A stretch of 63,926 nucleotides of DNA, counting the filler, from Intoshia linei (Eukaryota > Animalia > Orthonectida): assembly GCA_001642005.1 (NCBI GenBank). It is 7 parts of 7 records of this genome, joined end to end, with 100 filler letters (N's around TTAATTAATTAA, not from the genome) between each part and the next. Parts side by side here need not be neighbours in the genome. Positions count along the whole stretch, not along the records: positions 60,957 to 63,926 come from LWCA01002167.1; 6 more parts are not named here. One strand, 5' to 3'. This document shows positions 62,070 to 63,926 of the stretch, one piece after another. The translations under genes and the position numbers were made by a program. The notes under the pieces were generated by a model. It saw only the letters and a list, made by a program, of their open reading frames with translations, did no database searches and was not told the origin of the DNA. Within the stretch, counting starts at the first letter, position 1. Each line of letters opens with the position of its first letter.

Positions 62070-62145
62070 AATATTTTTTGAGAAAAAGATTAAATTTTTG
62101 GGTCATATCATATCTAGTAAAGATATTAAGAAAGACCCTAGTAAT
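62070..62145 (+). mobile_element. Ty3/Gypsy reverse transcriptase fragment
   Basis: IFFEKKIKFLGHIISSKDIKKDP matches the F....V.FLGHII...GI..DP motif at the end of Gypsy RT. Confidence 0.6.
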
Positions 62146-63455
62146 TAATTGTTTGATTCTTCTATTCACGTAGAAACTAAGTCTTCAGCATGCGAACAAA
62201 TTAATTCTGCATTTATGTGATATATCGAATAATTTATCAATAATATTAATGAAATTTTCTTCACGGAATATTTGAGACTTGGATCGACAATTTTTATTTT
62301 TATGTTTAATCGAAAGGGTACTATTACTCCACAAATCCATAACATTAATTACAGTTAAATTAACAATTTCAGAGAACAAATACGTTTTACTGTTATTATT
62401 AACATCATAAAAATACATTTTCAATACATCTCTTATTGTCGGAAAATTATAGCAAGCAAATTATTTCACAACATACTCTATTACCCATATATTGCCTTTG
62501 GATCATGTTGGTATCATTTTAATTAAATGGTAGATTACATTAGTAAAGTAAATAAATTTTTAGATATTAAATTGATATTAAAAATATTTTTTTTATATTT
62601 TTTATAAAAAAATTTATTATCCTTGAACACTATCTTAACATCAACATTGACTTCTAAAATTTGGTATCCCCATACGTATAAATGCTGAAAATATAAATAA
62701 TCATTGTTCTTTTAGAAAATATCATGAAAAATTTAATTACAATCATAAGGTTCAACAAACTCAGAGAAATCAAGACTCAGAAAATAGACGAATTATCTAG
62801 TAGCGGAAAACTTTACATAACAATTGAACATACTTATTTACATAAATTTTAATGGGATCATTATTGTTGCTTTAAAATGAGAAGTAAGCTAAATCTTCGC
62901 ATTGTTTTTGATAGGCTCACTCTCATACCGGCACAGGCATCTAATTTATTCCTTTTTCTTTAATATGTTAGAATAGAAAATCCAGCTTAACAAAACTAAT
63001 AATAACTTGAAGGGCAATTTCAGTCACAAATGAATACATATTAAGCATACTACACCAAAAACCATCAAATATCACATTTAAAGCTATCATAGTCATATAT
63101 AATATATTTCCCAAAGGGCCACTAGAAAGGTCAAGGGACTATGTAAAAATTTTTCTATTTGGCGGCCAAAATAAATTATAGGGCCATAAAAAATTTTATA
63201 TATATTTTAATGTATTAATATATAATTTATTTCGAATACATCAATTCTCTTGTTTTATTTAATGACTCACAAAAAAGATATTCCTCCTGAATGTTATCAT
63301 TCACAACTAGGGCCACCAAAAATTAACAATTAAATTTACTATAACAAGACAAACCAGTACATGAGTATGGCAAATTTTTTCAAACAATAACTAACAAACT
63401 AATTTTTCATAATTAATAATTTCATAATTTCAACAATTTCTTTACACAAATTAGT

Positions 63456-63926
63456 CTAACTAACAGCTTTTTTAACCCTTTTCACTATAGCATCATCGTC
63501 AATAATTTCATTTACAATTTCTTTTATGAAAATATATTGTTTTGAATAATATTCGACTATCTTCAACCAATCTCCAAACCTCGTCTTACAAAAATTCGGT
63601 GGCAAGGGAATTTTTGTAAACAGTTTTTTTCGAGATGCACATTTTGATAGAGCTATGTTAATTGAAATAATGAGCTCATTTATGTTGCTATAATGGCTTA
63701 TTATTTTTCCAGTGATGTTATGGTATAGATGGACAATACACGTAATGTGAAATAACTTATTAAAGTGAACTATTTCCCCGTTATCAAAATTAAAACTTTC
63801 ATTTTTTAACTTTAGTCCACCCAGTTTCATATAGGAGGCAACATCACTCAACAATAGTATGAAATTTTCAGGTTTGAGGTTAAAGGAAGATATAACACCA
63901 CTTATTTTATTTTTGATATAATCATT
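63456..63926 (-). mobile_element. hAT-like (DUF659/CGGBP-type) transposase fragment running off the window
   Basis: LSDVASYMKLGG...HITCIVHLYHN...PLPPNFCKTRFGDWL corresponds to the D.A.YM, CxxH and P..TRW.W motifs of this group. Confidence 0.8.

Overview
This is very AT-rich animal genomic DNA from a draft scaffold, not a prokaryote. It has six 100-nt gaps, each carrying an artificial TTAATTAATTAA linker. Genes are spliced, and most introns are only 34-45 nt. That miniaturised architecture is compatible with a reduced parasitic metazoan such as the orthonectid Intoshia (inference only). Bases 0.9-26.4 kb form an ultra-compact gene island: BRIX1 (3' part), an Akt-like PH-only gene, the mitochondrial ornithine carrier, two orphan genes, TRAPPC6, LSM8, NUP205, DDX56, delta-tubulin, a small orphan ORF and a 751-aa Ser/Lys/Arg-rich ORF. 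Neighbouring CDSs lie 3-59 bp apart in several places, and stop codons often overlap AATAAA/ATTAAA. Bases 26.5-49.7 kb are a transposon graveyard (pogo/Tigger, MULE, hAT, Tc1, and a multi-copy non-autonomous Helitron). The right part holds a rhodopsin-family peptide GPCR, a divergent TGF-beta ligand, the 3' half of UTP6 with a Stowaway-like element in an intron, an unexplained frameshifted ORF cluster with weak by-eye resemblance to orthomyxovirus PB2, and Gypsy and hAT fragments. All gene models were assembled by hand from GT/GC-AG boundaries and recalled family motifs. No database search was run.
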